Shown in pieces: positions 36,930 to 48,900 of a DNA stretch of 64,000 nucleotides. The DNA lies in contig NC_045721.1 of NCBI RefSeq assembly GCF_009834535.1, forward strand, positions 11,284,001-11,348,000, written 5' to 3'. Positions within the stretch are counted from its first letter, which is position 1, and the number at the start of each line of letters is the position of its first letter. Source of the DNA: Camelus ferus (lineage: Eukaryota). A model generated the notes under the pieces. The model made no database searches. It saw nothing but the letters and a program-made list of their open reading frames with translations, and was not told where the DNA came from. A program made the position numbers and the translations under genes.

Positions 36930-37520
36930 GGGGTGGAAAGATGTGGATGTTGGGGAGGGGCATTGATGGTCCTATAACTCGGTCTCTGTCTTTTACTGAG
37001 CCTGCCTTGGGTATTTACCATTCCCATTTGAGGACTAGAAGGGGCTGGAGTTGGGTACTTCTCTTCCCCCTGGTCGTTGAGGCTTTGGTGAAATAGATTC
37101 CCCTGAGGACAGTCCTTGTTAAAGAGAACAGAATACTCTGGGTAGATTTCAAAATGCTTGTTTGCCAGAAACACAAGGGAGTTTTTCTTCAATTTCACAG
37201 GAAAACCTGGCAGAGCTCCTGGAATTAAGATCCATGAAAGTGTGGGGGTCTCCCTAAGGAGTTTCTTACCCTCTAGACACCCACACTGAGCCTCCAGCAA
37301 CTTGTTAATTACCCCTTCAAGTGTTTGCGCCGAAACTGCCTGCAGCCTCTGTTCCCAGAAAACTGTGACTGTCTGTCTCCACCTGTCTTTCCAGTTTCCT
37401 GAATCTGTGACCTCAGTTCTCTGGTGCATCTTAGAGTTGTGAATCTTCACTTTGTTCAGCTTTTTTCTTGTTGTGATGACTTTCAAGCTCTTCACGTATC
37501 TAACCAGAAACCAGAAAGTC
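36930..37520 (-). mobile_element. 5' UTR fragment of an ancient L1M (L1MC/L1M4-type 5' end)
   Basis: The minus strand reads gactttctggtttctggttagatacgtgaagagcttgaaagtcatcacaacaagaaaaaagctgaacaaagtgaagatt...ttgctggaggctcagtgtgg...caggctcagtaaaagacagagacc, matching a recalled L1M 5'-end consensus. Confidence 0.6.
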
Positions 37521-40029
37521 CTCTCATTTATCTCAGTAAACAAACTACATGAAATCATTGATAATCGACAATTTTTGTCCAACAAAAAAAAGGCGATTTC
37601 ATAGTTCAGCCAAACTCAAACAAATGAAGAAAATTAAGTGCAGGGAAATGGCCAAATTTGAGATTCAGGGTACATTGTTATAGCAATCATAACATTATTC
37701 TAAAGATTTATTATGATGTTTTGTATTAAAATTCATTTTTGTAGCTCTCTAAAGTAATCTTTCGAGTACTGCTTCATAGGGATTCTCACTCCAAGTCCTT
37801 TAAGCAATGCCTGACATACTCAACTTAGTTATAATTACTTCCAGCAGTTTATACTTTACACAGATTTTCACATACATTTTCCCAAGGTGGGTAGAATCAA
37901 CATAGTCTGCAGGTATCTTAGTCTCAAGAACCAGAACTTCTTCATGGCAGTGGAGCCAGTGCGGTGCTGCTGCTCTGTGATAGATGTTTGTGGAAGATGT
38001 ACGTTTGCAAACCTTCATCCATATGTATAAGAAATATAACTGTTTTCTTACTTCAGCTTAATTCTGATTTGGAATTCCCATTCTGAGGGGACCAGCAGAA
38101 AGTTCCATTTCTACCATTATACCTGTCCCCCACCTGCCCTACTCTGAGACACAAAGAGCCCAGGAGGCCTGAATGGTACTCAGATGGGAGATGGATCCAC
38201 GTGTGCTGCTCATCGCCTCCCGACTGCCCCCTCACATAGTTCTCCAACCTCTGGTCCCTAGAGGTGAGCTGCTCCTCACTCAGCCCAAGCAGACCGCCTT
38301 CCTCCTTTGCCACGAAGCCCCAGAGTCTAGTTACACCACACAGATTTCTGCCACGGACTGTGGTGTGGGTCCCCAGTGCACTTGGAATGATCTCACAACA
38401 GAAGGCCAGGGAAGGAAGTGTGGGAAGAAGGGAGGGAAGGGAAAAACAGCAATAATGACAACAGAAAGCGTCTCTTTCTTTCTTCCCTGGACACAAAACA
38501 CGTTGTCCCAGGTGAGCTGCAACTTGTGTGAAGGAGAGGCCGCAATGTTGTCCTCTGATAGCTTCTGTTCTCTGCTCCGCCCAGAGTGCCCGAGGCAAAA
38601 TTGGCATTCCAGCCACTGTGAACACCAGGGTGAAACAGAAAAGAGAAACACATTTTTAATGTTTCAGGGAATGACCCTGCCATGCATCCAATACATCAGT
38701 TAAGAAACAAAACCTACCGTCAATAATTTCTTCATTTGATTTGAGGCAATTTAATTCCTGGAAATTCTTTCCTTAATTTCCTAAATTTGAATCTTAATTA
38801 TAGAAGGTATCCGATGAATGCACAACACAAATGAATCTGCAGAGCAATACTGAACAACACTTGGAGAAAGGTCAGTGTGTGTCTTTGGGAGAAACGTCTT
38901 CCAGAGACCAGCACGTTATGACATGTTCAAGAAAGTGGGGAGAATAACAACTATTGCTTGAAATGAAGACAGACCTGTACACATAGAATTATATATTTTT
39001 AGGTAGATTTCACTTCGGATAAAAAGAGGACTCAGGTGGCTTCAGACGAAGTGGCTGTGAACATGACAACACTGAGAACAGACAGTTGAACAAATGAAAT
39101 AAGAAATGAAGAAGAAAGAGTGAAGCTGTCAGTGTAACTCAATTACTTTATTAGAGAAACTATAGATATTACACTTGAGTTGCCATTGAGTATGAGTCTG
39201 TAGAGGGTGAAAGATGCTTCCTTAATCTAGACAGGAGGTATTTTCCACTGTTTCAAGTTTATGTCAAATGTCCTTACATTGAGTGTAATTTTGAAGTTAT
39301 GTAATAATACCAGTCACAAATTAGTCATCAATGATCAGTATCCCAGTGTCCCACAAGACCTAGAAATTTCTTTTCTTTTCTTTTTTTTTTCTGGTTACTG
39401 ACATGTACCTACCTCTTCTTTTTGTCCTTTTATTTCTGTATTTGGCAGTCATTCATTAGTTAGCATAATAATTATTCGGTACCCCAGAAATCCACTGAAG
39501 CATGTGATTCTCATGTTACATTGCCCCTGGAAAATGGCCTCTGAATTCTTGCTACCAGACATGACAAAAATCCAGTCAAAGCAAAAACCTGCCTACGAAT
39601 GCTTTCAGGGCATCAGGATAAGGAAAAAGAGGGGCTCAGAGGTTGAGGCAGCCCAGTTGAGATACTGAAATCATTTATGCAGCAAGGTAAGGCCCTGTGA
39701 AGAGTTAGATTTCCTCGAGCAAGCCAACAAGCACACACACGCACACACCCAGTTCCATTTCTAGTAATACGGCAGACAGAATATTCAGATAAACCTCCTT
39801 TAAGTATAACTTGCCTACAAATGCCAGATGTTTATTTATATAAACATAGGTGTAAGTATAGATGGATGATTGATAGTTGGATACAACGTTTGGAAAGGTC
39901 CTTTTCTCAATTACTTACCTAAGATGGGGTACTCAGCGATTTATTCTCTGAATTAGTGCATGTTCTGCAATATCTTTCTTTCACCTTAACTGATAAACAA
40001 CTGAAATGCCCCATCTAGGATTCTCAAGA

Positions 40030-40560
40030 CTTTCTTTCAATGGCCTAAAGATACAAATCCACTGGCCTCTAGCTTCCTGTGTTGCAGATAAGAAGTTCAG
40101 TGATAGTCAAAAAGGAAAATCCTGGAAACTTGTTTTACCAGTACACGCCCTAGTGTGTGTGTGTCTCCTCAATCCACAGCCAAGAATTCTGAGCATTTTT
40201 ACTCTGAAGCTCAGGTCTTTATTTGGCTTAGGAAATTTTTCTCCTAAGTTATTTAAGGTTCTTTCTTTTACTTCATTTGTTCCTTTTTCTTTTAAAATGT
40301 GTATTATTCAAATGATATCCTGCATCCATTTTTCAGATCTCTCTCCTTTTCCCTTGGAATTTCCATCTCTTTGCATGTTTTGCTCTATGATGTGTGATGC
40401 TCATGGTTCCCGACCTTCTAGGCCGGGAGTATCTTCCTTGTTAGCTGCTATCCACCCTCTTAATTCAGCCACTGAATTGGTAAGAGGTTTTTTTTTTTTT
40501 TTTTTAAGTTCTACAAAGTCTTTTTATTTTATTAGTTCTGTAGTTTTGATCTTAAGTGCT
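40030..40560 (-). mobile_element. Ancient L1/HAL1 ORF1-region remnant
   Basis: ccactggcctctagcttcctgtgttgcagataagaagttc...ttaggaaattttctcc...cttttaattcagccactgaatt, typical of antisense old L1 ORF1 sequence. Confidence 0.5.
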
Positions 40561-41418
40561 CTTTTTAATTTTTTTTTAGGAACCCATTTGTCTGCAGCGT
40601 GTCTGTTCCATTGGGTATATGATCTTATTATTGTTTCCATGTGTCCTCTTGGGCTTCTGGACACCTTTAGATCCACAATTCCTCTGGATCTCTTCCCTGG
40701 GGTCCCAGGATAGAAGCTGACTGTCTCCCTCCAAGGTATCTAGAGGAAGCGTCCCTGATCTCACATCATCCTGGGCTCTCCCAGCACTTGGGCAGGGAGG
40801 GCTTGTCCAAACCTTTCTGTCCCTTTGGGGAATCTTGGCACACTCAAGCAGGACAGAGTGAACTCCTTAGACCCCGGGGATCTGCATGCACTTCTTGACC
40901 AAGCTCACTCAGCTCAGCACCACTTTTTTTTGCAAAGAATGGGGGAGGGAAGCAGTCTGGAGGGAGAGCCCAAGCCCTCATTTACACCCGCTGGAGGTCC
41001 TGGCTCTTGAAAGGCGAGTCCCTTGGATTTGAGAGTGGAGGGGTAGGGCATCATTTAGATCACCACATTCTGAAAATCCCCTGGCCAGGAACTTCTTCTG
41101 TAAAATGAGAATATTTAGACCAGTGTTAGAACATATTGAAGGGCTTTTTTAGCTCTCAAAATCTATAAATCACAGATTAGATAAGAAGTATTCGTGACTT
41201 TGATAATTTGTGGGATTAGAATGTGTTGTAGAAGGAACACCTTAGGGCAACTGTTTTTAAGAAAAAAAAATGGGGGGGGCTGTAATGCTTTTATGGAAAA
41301 CCAACAAATTGGAAGACAGGAGATTGAGCTTGGAAACAGATGGCAAGAACCCCTGAGCTTTCAAATCTCTTAATTCTGATCTTATATTGAATGTAAAATG
41401 TTTTCTTCCAGCAACCTA

Positions 41419-41572
41419 GAATAGTTGTCAAACTTCACTGCATGTATGAATCACCTGGGGAGGTTATGATGCAGGTGCTCATTCAGAAGGTCTGGGGGAG
41501 GGCTGGAGAGTCTGTATTTCTTACCAGTGGGGATGGTCACCCTGCTTGTCTGTGGCCACATCTCAGTAGCAA
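41419..41572 (-). mobile_element. hAT-Charlie MITE (MER5A-like)
   Basis: gttgtcaaacttcactgcatgtatgaatcacctgggg...attcagaaggtctgggggagggctggagagtctgtatttc. Confidence 0.7.
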
Positions 41573-42539
41573 GGCCTGGAGTACTTGCAGTGGTGAGTAG
41601 ACCCCTGGTGGCTATTAGTAGAAATGTACATTTTGTCATACAGCTATAATTTCTTTTTCTGGGAATGTTAAAAAACATACCCCCCCCCAAAAAAGCGAGC
41701 AACTGATCTATTTCTAACTGACATTATAAAGGCAAAGGCAAGATAGATTTGGGCTGTATTAATCTGGAATTTTGTGTCACTCCAGACAGACCACATTGCC
41801 AGTGATAATTAAAGAAGGGATGTGTTTAGTCTATTAAGTGCTACAGCAAATGCATTTAAAAAAGAAACAAAGAAACCAATGAGCTACAAATCATTAATCT
41901 TTATTTTATTAAAATTAAAAAAAATCTCAAAGGCTTTTAATTTGATTCTCCTATTCCTGTCAGGGCTGCCATAAATTACATTTCTTATGTAGTGCTCACT
42001 GATTCAGGCTCATTTCTGAATCACACTAACCTACTCTTTAATTAGGAAAAATGAGGGCAGTTTTATAGTAGTTTTCATTTTCTCAGTCTTTTGGCTCCTT
42101 TCTGTCTGTGCTTCTCAAACAGAAAATGAAAAGTGCTATGCTGTTTGGCTAATGTCAGTGGTTCAAATTAAACAAAGAATCTGTAAACATTTGAAAGGTA
42201 TTCAATTTTGGAAACTGTTTTTTCTATTTTTTAACTACAAGTGTATTTCTTATTTTGAATGTCAATAGAGACATTTCCTGGCTTTGCCATGGTAATTAGA
42301 TAAATGTTCCAGAAAATATCCTTTTTTTTTTTGAGATAACAAAATTAATATCACTCTAGGAAGGAAGATAAACATCCTGCACCAAACCCTGCCTGTTCTC
42401 ACACTAGAAGCTCATCTAATTAAAACAAACTTGCAAATTTATATTAATATCAACCTGATATTGACATAAACCTCTGGCCTCATGTACAAATCACTAGTCC
42501 TGAGCTATTATTGGAAAATGGTTCATTGGCTCATGGAAA

Positions 42540-44428
42540 TTTTCTTTTTTTTTTAAATTAATTGATTTATTTTTATTGAAGTATACACAATTTACAGTGG
42601 TGTGTTAGCTTCTGATGTACAACAAAGTGACTCAGTTATACCCATATATTCTTTTTAATATTCTTTTCCATTTTAGGTTATTACAAGATATTAAATATAG
42701 TTCCCTGTGCTATACAGTAGATCCTTGTTGTTTATCTGTTTTATATATAGTAGTGAGTATCTGCTAATCCCAACTCCTAATTCATCCATCCCCCCTTTTT
42801 CCTTTAATAACCACAACTGGTTTTCTAGTTTGTGAGTCTGTTTTTGTTTTGTAAATAAGTTCATTTGTATCATATTTTAGATGCCACATATAAGTGATAT
42901 CAAATGATATTTGTCTTTCTCTGACTGACTTCACTTACTATGATACTTTCAGGGTCTACCCATGTTGCTGCAAATGGCATTTTTAATTCTTTTTTATGGC
43001 TGAGTAATATTCCATTGCATATATATGCCACAACTTCTTTACCCAGTCATTTGTCAGTGGACATTTAGGTTGCTTCCATGTCTTGGCTATTGTAAATAGT
43101 GCTGCTATGAACACTGGGGTGCATGTATCTTTTCAATTTAGAATTTNNNNNNNNNNNNNNNNNNNNNNNNNNNNNNNNNNNNNNNNNNNNNNNNNNNNNN
43201 NNNNNNNNNNNNNNNNNNNNNNNNNNNNNNNNNNNNNNNNNNNNNNNNNNNNNNNNNNNNNNNNNNNNNNNNNNNNNNNNNNNNNNTCCTTTTTCTCCAC
43301 ACTTTGTCCAACATTTGTTATTTGTAGACTTTTTAATGATGACCATTCTAAATGATGTGAGGTGACATAGCTCATTGTAATTTTGATCTGCGTTTCTCTA
43401 ATAATTAGTGATGTTGAGCATCTTTTCATGAGTCTGTTGGCCATCTGGATATCTTCTTTGGAGAGATGTCTAGTGAGGTCTTCTGCCAATTTTTGGATTG
43501 GGTTGTTTTTCTGTTACTAAGTTGTACGAGCTGTTTGTATGATTTTGAAATTAAGTCCTTGTCGGTTGTATCATTTGCAAATATTTTCTCCCAGTCTGTA
43601 GGTTGTCTTTTCATTTTCTTTGCTGGGCAAAAGCTTATAAGTTTGATTAAGTCCCATTTGTTTATTTTTGCTTTTATTTCTTTTGCCTTGGAAGACTGAC
43701 CTAAGAAAACATTGCTACAATTTATGTCAGAGAATGTTTTGCCTATGTTCTCTGCTAGAAGATTTATGATGTCCTGTCTTATGTTTGAGTCTTTAAGCCA
43801 TTTTGAGTTTGTTTTTGTGTATGATGTGAGGGAGTGTTCTAACTTCATTGATTTACATGTGTCTGTCCAGCTTTCCCAGCACCACTTGCTAAAGAGGCTG
43901 TCTTTTCTCCATTGTATATTCTTGCCTCCTATGTTGAAGATTAGTTGACTAGGTATATGGGATCTTTATATTTCTGTATGTAGGTATATTTCTGGGATCT
44001 CTATTCTGTTCCATTGAGCCATGTGTCTGTCTTGGTGGCAGTATCACGCTGTTTTAATTACAGTAGCTCTGTAGTATTGTCTGAAGTCTGAGAGGGTTAT
44101 GCCTCCAGCTTTGTTCTTTTTCCTTTTTCCTTTGGTAATTCTGGGTCCTTTGTGGTTCCATATAAATTTTAGAATTATTTGTTCTGGTTTTGTGAAAAAT
44201 GGCCTGGGTAATTTGATAGGGATCACATTAAATCTGTAGATTGGTTTGGGTATATGGCCATTTTAACAATATGAATTCTTTCAATCTAACGGCATGGGAT
44301 ATCTTTCTATTTCTTTAAATCACCTTTAATTTCGTTTATCAGTGTTTTATAGTTCTCTGCATGTAAGTCTTTCACCTCCTTGGTAAGGTTTGTTCTTAGG
44401 TTTTTGGGGGTTTTTTTTGACATGATTC
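42540..44428 (-). mobile_element. 5'-truncated younger L1 (about 1.9 kb; ORF2 C-terminal part plus camelid-type 3' UTR and polyA)
   Basis: T tract, then ttttattgaagtata... 3' UTR. Minus-strand peptides [71 protein letters not shown] and [20 protein letters not shown] are L1 ORF2p. The frame is broken by stops and frameshifts. Confidence 0.95.
43147..43286. other. Assembly gap (140 N) inside the L1
   Basis: Run of N read directly. Confidence 0.99.
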
Positions 44429-45684
44429 AACCCCCGGGAAGGAGCAGCTAACACCAGCTTGAGACCCTTTGTACCCCAAATTTTGGATATTTCACTTTGT
44501 ATTGTTACATTTATTTACTTCTAAAAACCAGAAATACATTTAACATACCAGCTTAGGAGTTTAAGTAGGTATTATTAATTTGCACATGAAATGGAATCAG
44601 TTCTATCAGATCACTTTCCTCCTGCCTCTTCAGAACCCTGAAGGAGTAGTGGTGTCCGTGGGCTAGAAGGAAAGAAGGTGTGATTTTCCATCAGAATCTT
44701 CTTCAGTTGCCTTCCTGGGTCATGCGGGGCTGGCAAAGGGCCCCACTCGGTCCGTGGGTTGGGATGGGGCAGAGAAATGAGGCTTCTCTGTCACTGGAAG
44801 TTGTGGTACAGTCACAGACAGGTAAACACTGGAAGTCAAGTTCCTGAAGGAATGCAAATTGGAGCCAAAACCAACATTATAAACTGGGTCGGCAACCACA
44901 GGAGCCAAGTAATGAGTGGGAACTTAGGTACAGTGCCAAATGGGTTAGAAAAACAAAAGAGAACAGCTGAATGAGAGATCAAGCAGGACCCAGTGAGGCA
45001 ACCTTTGAAGTCAGGTTGACTGCACTGAGAAGCACTCAAACTGTTCACATCTAACACTAACACCTGCACCTGGCTTTCTCCTGCAGCGTCTCCCTACGTT
45101 TGCCTAGTAGAAGGCTCTGGAGAAGTCTGGAGCTTGCATTTCTAAGGTGGAAGGAAGTTCCCATTGACAAGTTACTGGACCTCTTACTGGGATCAAAGGT
45201 CAATTGCTGGAACTGGGCAGGGGGTAGCAGGGATCTGTGGAGCATGGTGGGGATGTTTGCAGAAGCTGAAGACAGGAAATCAGAGGGATGATGGCTTCTG
45301 ACAGCTTGAAGGGCCCACGTGGACCTCTGGTTTCTGACGCGTTGGGTCTAAAAGATTCTGAAGGAGACCCAGGCATCTTCCATTGAGATGTCCTCTTTTA
45401 AGGATGAAAAGCTGTCTGTGACTTATTTTGACCCTCAGCACACCATGGGATTTTCTAGAAGTCTTTCAGGTGACACAGCTCCTCCTGCCGTCCACCCCAG
45501 GTACTTGTCATCAGCCAGGGCTGTTCTAGAATGAGATATTCTTGGGGGAGTGGACTTTTATAGCAAATGTCCCTGAGTTGAGTTGAATGCCCTGGTTATT
45601 TTGGTCTCTGTAGAACTGCAGAAGCTTCCTCCATTGCCCTTCCACCAAGTTAATATTGATGAATTATTTGTATAAGTTAAGCAC

Positions 45685-46400
45685 AGCACAGTAATAAGTG
45701 CTTTACATGTGATTCTCACTGAATCTTTCCCATGCTCTTCGCAGCATCCAGGACCCTTTTTTTCTTTTCCAGAGCCTTAATAAGTCTGTCCAGTTATCTA
45801 CCCCCACCCCAGCCATGCACCCCAGGAGAAGTCACCTCATGCTCAGCACTCGGTGGCCCTGATTTGTCTGAGGGTCCCCCCGTTCCTTCTCCAGTTTCTG
45901 CTCCAGGGATGCACATTTGGCCAACAAGACTTGTTTGGGGATTGTGCCCAAAGTCCTGGGTTGTGTATCCTTGCTCCTAAGAGAGATCTTTGAGAAGGAG
46001 GTTTTTTTTTTCCTTTTCTATTCCCTGTTGAACTTTAACTCCTGAAATCTTGCTACTTGCCTGTGGTTGAAGCCCGCACAGGTGGAGGGTGGGACAGGAG
46101 AATCACAGAGAAATGCAACCATAGAAAGGCACCTGGGAGCACACTGCTGCTTCTATAAGATAATGAATCTCTGTGTTGTTTAAGCCAGTTTAAACAGAGA
46201 TTTTTGCTTGCTGCAGTCAGATCATCCTAACTGATACAACATACAAGGCAGGCATTTTTTTTCCCTTCCTATTCTACAGGTGAGGCGACAGAGGCTAGAG
46301 AGGTTAGGCAGTGCCTCTGAAGTTACACAGCTGCTAAGGCAGCATTAGGATTTGAACCCAGCATGGCCCAGCTCCTGGGCCTGTTTCCTTACCACACACA
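45685..46400 (-). mobile_element. MIR SINE apparently split by the MLT1 LTR (pieces about 45685-45732 and 46239-46400)
   Basis: Left piece aagtgctttacatgtgattctcactgaatctttccca; right piece aggcaggcatt...attctacaggtgaggcgacagaggctagagaggttagg...ggatttgaacccag. Confidence 0.6.
45733..46238 (+). mobile_element. Old MaLR LTR (MLT1J/K/L-like)
   Basis: Starts tgctcttcgcagcatcc and ends ttgtttaagccagttt...tgcagtcagatcatcctaactgataca. Confidence 0.6.
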
Positions 46401-46437
46401 GTTCACAGCTCCTGGCTGACGTAATTCATCTGACTCT

Positions 46438-46530
46438 TAATAGAACAGAGAACAGATTGGTAGTTGCCAGAAGCAGGGGTGGAAGGTGGGAGAAACTGGT
46501 GAAGGGGGTCAAATGGTTTAAAAAAAATTG
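46438..46530 (+). mobile_element. Short L1 3'-UTR fragment (L1MA-like)
   Basis: gaacagagaacagattggtagttgccagaagcaggggtgg...ggtgaagggggtcaaa. Confidence 0.65.
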
Positions 46531-47305
46531 TTTTTTCAAATCTGACTCTTGCCCAGAAGGTGGCAGGCCAGGACATGGACGCAGAGGGCTTTGAGTCTCC
46601 TGGGTCTCCCAGTCCAGGGTGGCTGACCCCGTATCTAGACAGTATATGTGGGATCGGCCTGGTGAGGATGGTGCTTTTGAAGGCCCAGGACAAGGAGAAC
46701 CAGGGATTCATGCGAGAACGGAAGAGGCATTCATAGGACTCTCTCTGTGTTACATAAAGACTCTTATTCATCCCTCATGAGTCACCTTCAGTGCCATCGT
46801 CTCAGGGAGGGCTTCCTCCTACATCCCAGGCTCGGTTGATCACGGAATTATATGCTCTCATCACGTTCTCAACCTCTTGTACTCACCCCAAATATAATTA
46901 GATAATTGTTTAATGTCTTTCTCGCCTGCAGACTATAAATTCCTTACCCTTCTGTGCTGTCTTTCCTCTGAGCCCACCTCCGCCCCAGTCATTTACTTGG
47001 TTTTCATACCAGGTGACAAAGCATCTGTCAGAACTGGCAGGACACCTGTGGGGAATGGGACAGTCGTGAGCAAAGTACCGGGTGCAAGCAGGGCAGTGGG
47101 TTCCGAGGTGGGGCTGCAGGAGGGGGCTGGGTGCCCGGGGGTCTCGTGAGAGCGTGCCGTTAGGACAGAGTGCAGAAAGGAAATGGAGGGAAAGCAAACA
47201 GAAACCTCATCTATTTCAAAATTGTGAGAGATTCCTGGAGATTCCATATGTAGAAAAGAAGAAGCATTGGACAGCCTCTTCAGCAGCAAGACAGACAGAC
47301 AAGCA

Positions 47306-47306
<1 letters not shown>

Positions 47307-47336
<30 letters not shown>
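47307..47336 (+). repeat. (AC)15 microsatellite
   Basis: Read directly. Confidence 0.95.
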
Positions 47337-47342
<6 letters not shown>

Positions 47343-47498
47343 AGGCAGAAAGGATTTGAGCTAGTTCTTTCGTGAGGCCCATGAAGTTATACAAGATGTT
47401 CTGAACTCGTTTGAAAACTTAACTGTCATTTGGCCCAAAAATAGGCACTGCATACAAACTTTTGGTAAAATACAATTATCACTTTATATTGAAGTGGG

Positions 47499-47520
47499 GT
47501 GTGTGTGTGTGTGTGTGTGT
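47499..47520 (+). repeat. (GT)11 microsatellite
   Basis: Read directly. Confidence 0.95.
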
Positions 47521-47934
47521 GAGTGAATGAATGATTTTAGCTCCTTCTAAAACCAAGTGCAATGCATGGAACCTAGTAGGTGCTCAATAACTGTTGAATT
47601 AAGGAAAGAAACTGATTGTTGATTGTACTCTAATTCTATGTGGAAGATGAATAGAAAGAAATGAGTTTATTATGACAAAGAGTGGATGGGGTGTTACTAA
47701 GGTTATTGCTGCAAATGGAGACTCCTTCAGCCAATATTGGCTGAAGAAGAAGAAAGAAAATAGCTTAGGGAACCTCAAGGTTGTAGAAGCAATGGGAAGG
47801 TATAAGGACGCTGTGTGCCCACGGACAGCTTAGCACCTTTATCACCCGTGGGCCTCTGTCAGCACAACACTCAGTACTGAGCTAGGTGTCATGGAGTCTG
47901 GGGAAGAAACTCCATGATCACACCGACCTTTACA

Positions 47935-48455
47935 GTCAGAATATGATCATGTTACTCTCCAGCTTGAAGACATTCCATTGTCCCTCAGATAAAGAGAACA
48001 ACCTTCAGCCGGCATGTTCTACCTAATTCTCCAGGCTTTTCTTCAGTCCTTCCCCACTGACTTTCCACCCTTCAACCCTACTGGCCTTATTCATCTTTTG
48101 AATGCTTAATTCTCCTGCCTATACACGGTTTTGTCTCCCTGAAGTGACCTCCCTCTCCCTGTCCCTGTCCTTCAGTGGTCAGATCAGACTTCACTTGTTC
48201 AAAAAGACTTTGATGAATCATGTAGACGGTGTCCAGTTGCCCTGCCATGTTCTCTCATCTAAGCTCTCTGCCTCTTCAGAAGGGCACAGCCAAAAAGTGA
48301 TTAAGTAAACAGGCAATTGGATGTTTAATGTTTGTCTCCGCTCTAGAATTCAAACTTGAGGAAAGCAAGCATGTTTTTCTGATCCTTGTTGAATTCCCAG
48401 GGCCTAAAATAGTGCTTTATCTGTTTCTGTTGGGTAAATGAATGAAGGAAGGAAT
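47935..48455 (+). mobile_element. L2 3' segment
   Basis: tgatcatgttactctccagcttgaagacattccattgtccctcagataaa...tgaattcccagggcctaaaatagtgc...aaatgaatgaaggaagg. Confidence 0.7.
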
Positions 48456-48539
48456 GTTAAATATAGTTATCCTCTTATGTTCTCCTATTTGGAACGTCTC
48501 TCCTACCTAAGTTTCTGTTGGGGGCTTCTCCTACCTGGC

Positions 48540-48900
48540 CCATGATGTAAAAGCCAGAGTTGTTCAGGGTTCTGTCCTGAGTCCTTATTTTTCTCTCCTT
48601 ACACAGCCATCCGGTAAGACAGCATCAGTTACCGCCCTTATGTTCACGACTCCAAAATGTACATCTCCTGCCAAGATTTCTGCCTAGAATTCTCCACCCT
48701 CAGAACCACCACCTCCCAGATAGCCTCGTGCATCACTTCAGTTGCATCACTTCAGTTGCATCACTTCACTTTGGATGCCAGTCCCTTTGTAAAACTCTTG
48801 TCTAGGTACCTTCATAATTTTATGTCTCACTCTCTTCCCTAGATTTCTGAACAACTGGCAACTCCTGAATGCAGTCTTATCCTCTTCACTAGTGGGAGCT
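48540..48900 (+). mobile_element. L2 internal segment
   Basis: ttcagggttctgtcctgagtccttatttttctctcc...tatgttcacgactccaaaatgtacatctcc. Confidence 0.6.
48729..48768 (+). repeat. 14-bp tandem repeat (TGCATCACTTCAGT x ~2.9)
   Basis: Units at 48729-48742, 48743-48756 and 48757-48768 (partial), read directly. Confidence 0.95.

Noticed and set aside
36926-37585. 219-aa minus-strand ORF
   Set aside because: It begins at a TTG, overlies an old L1 5' UTR remnant and resembles no protein I recognise.
40006-40713. 235-aa Phe/Leu/Ser-rich ORF that looks like a membrane protein
   Set aside because: The composition comes from reading the T-rich antisense strand of a decayed L1/HAL1 fragment.
41598-41612. 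CTCF-like site (CCACCAGGGGTCT on the minus strand)
   Set aside because: It has mismatches at key 3' core positions, so it is not distinguishable from background.
43065-43489. ORFs running through X residues
   Set aside because: Artefacts of the 140-N assembly gap inside the L1.
48729-48768. CRISPR-like array
   Set aside because: The units are contiguous with no spacers, and the context is a mammalian genome with no cas genes.
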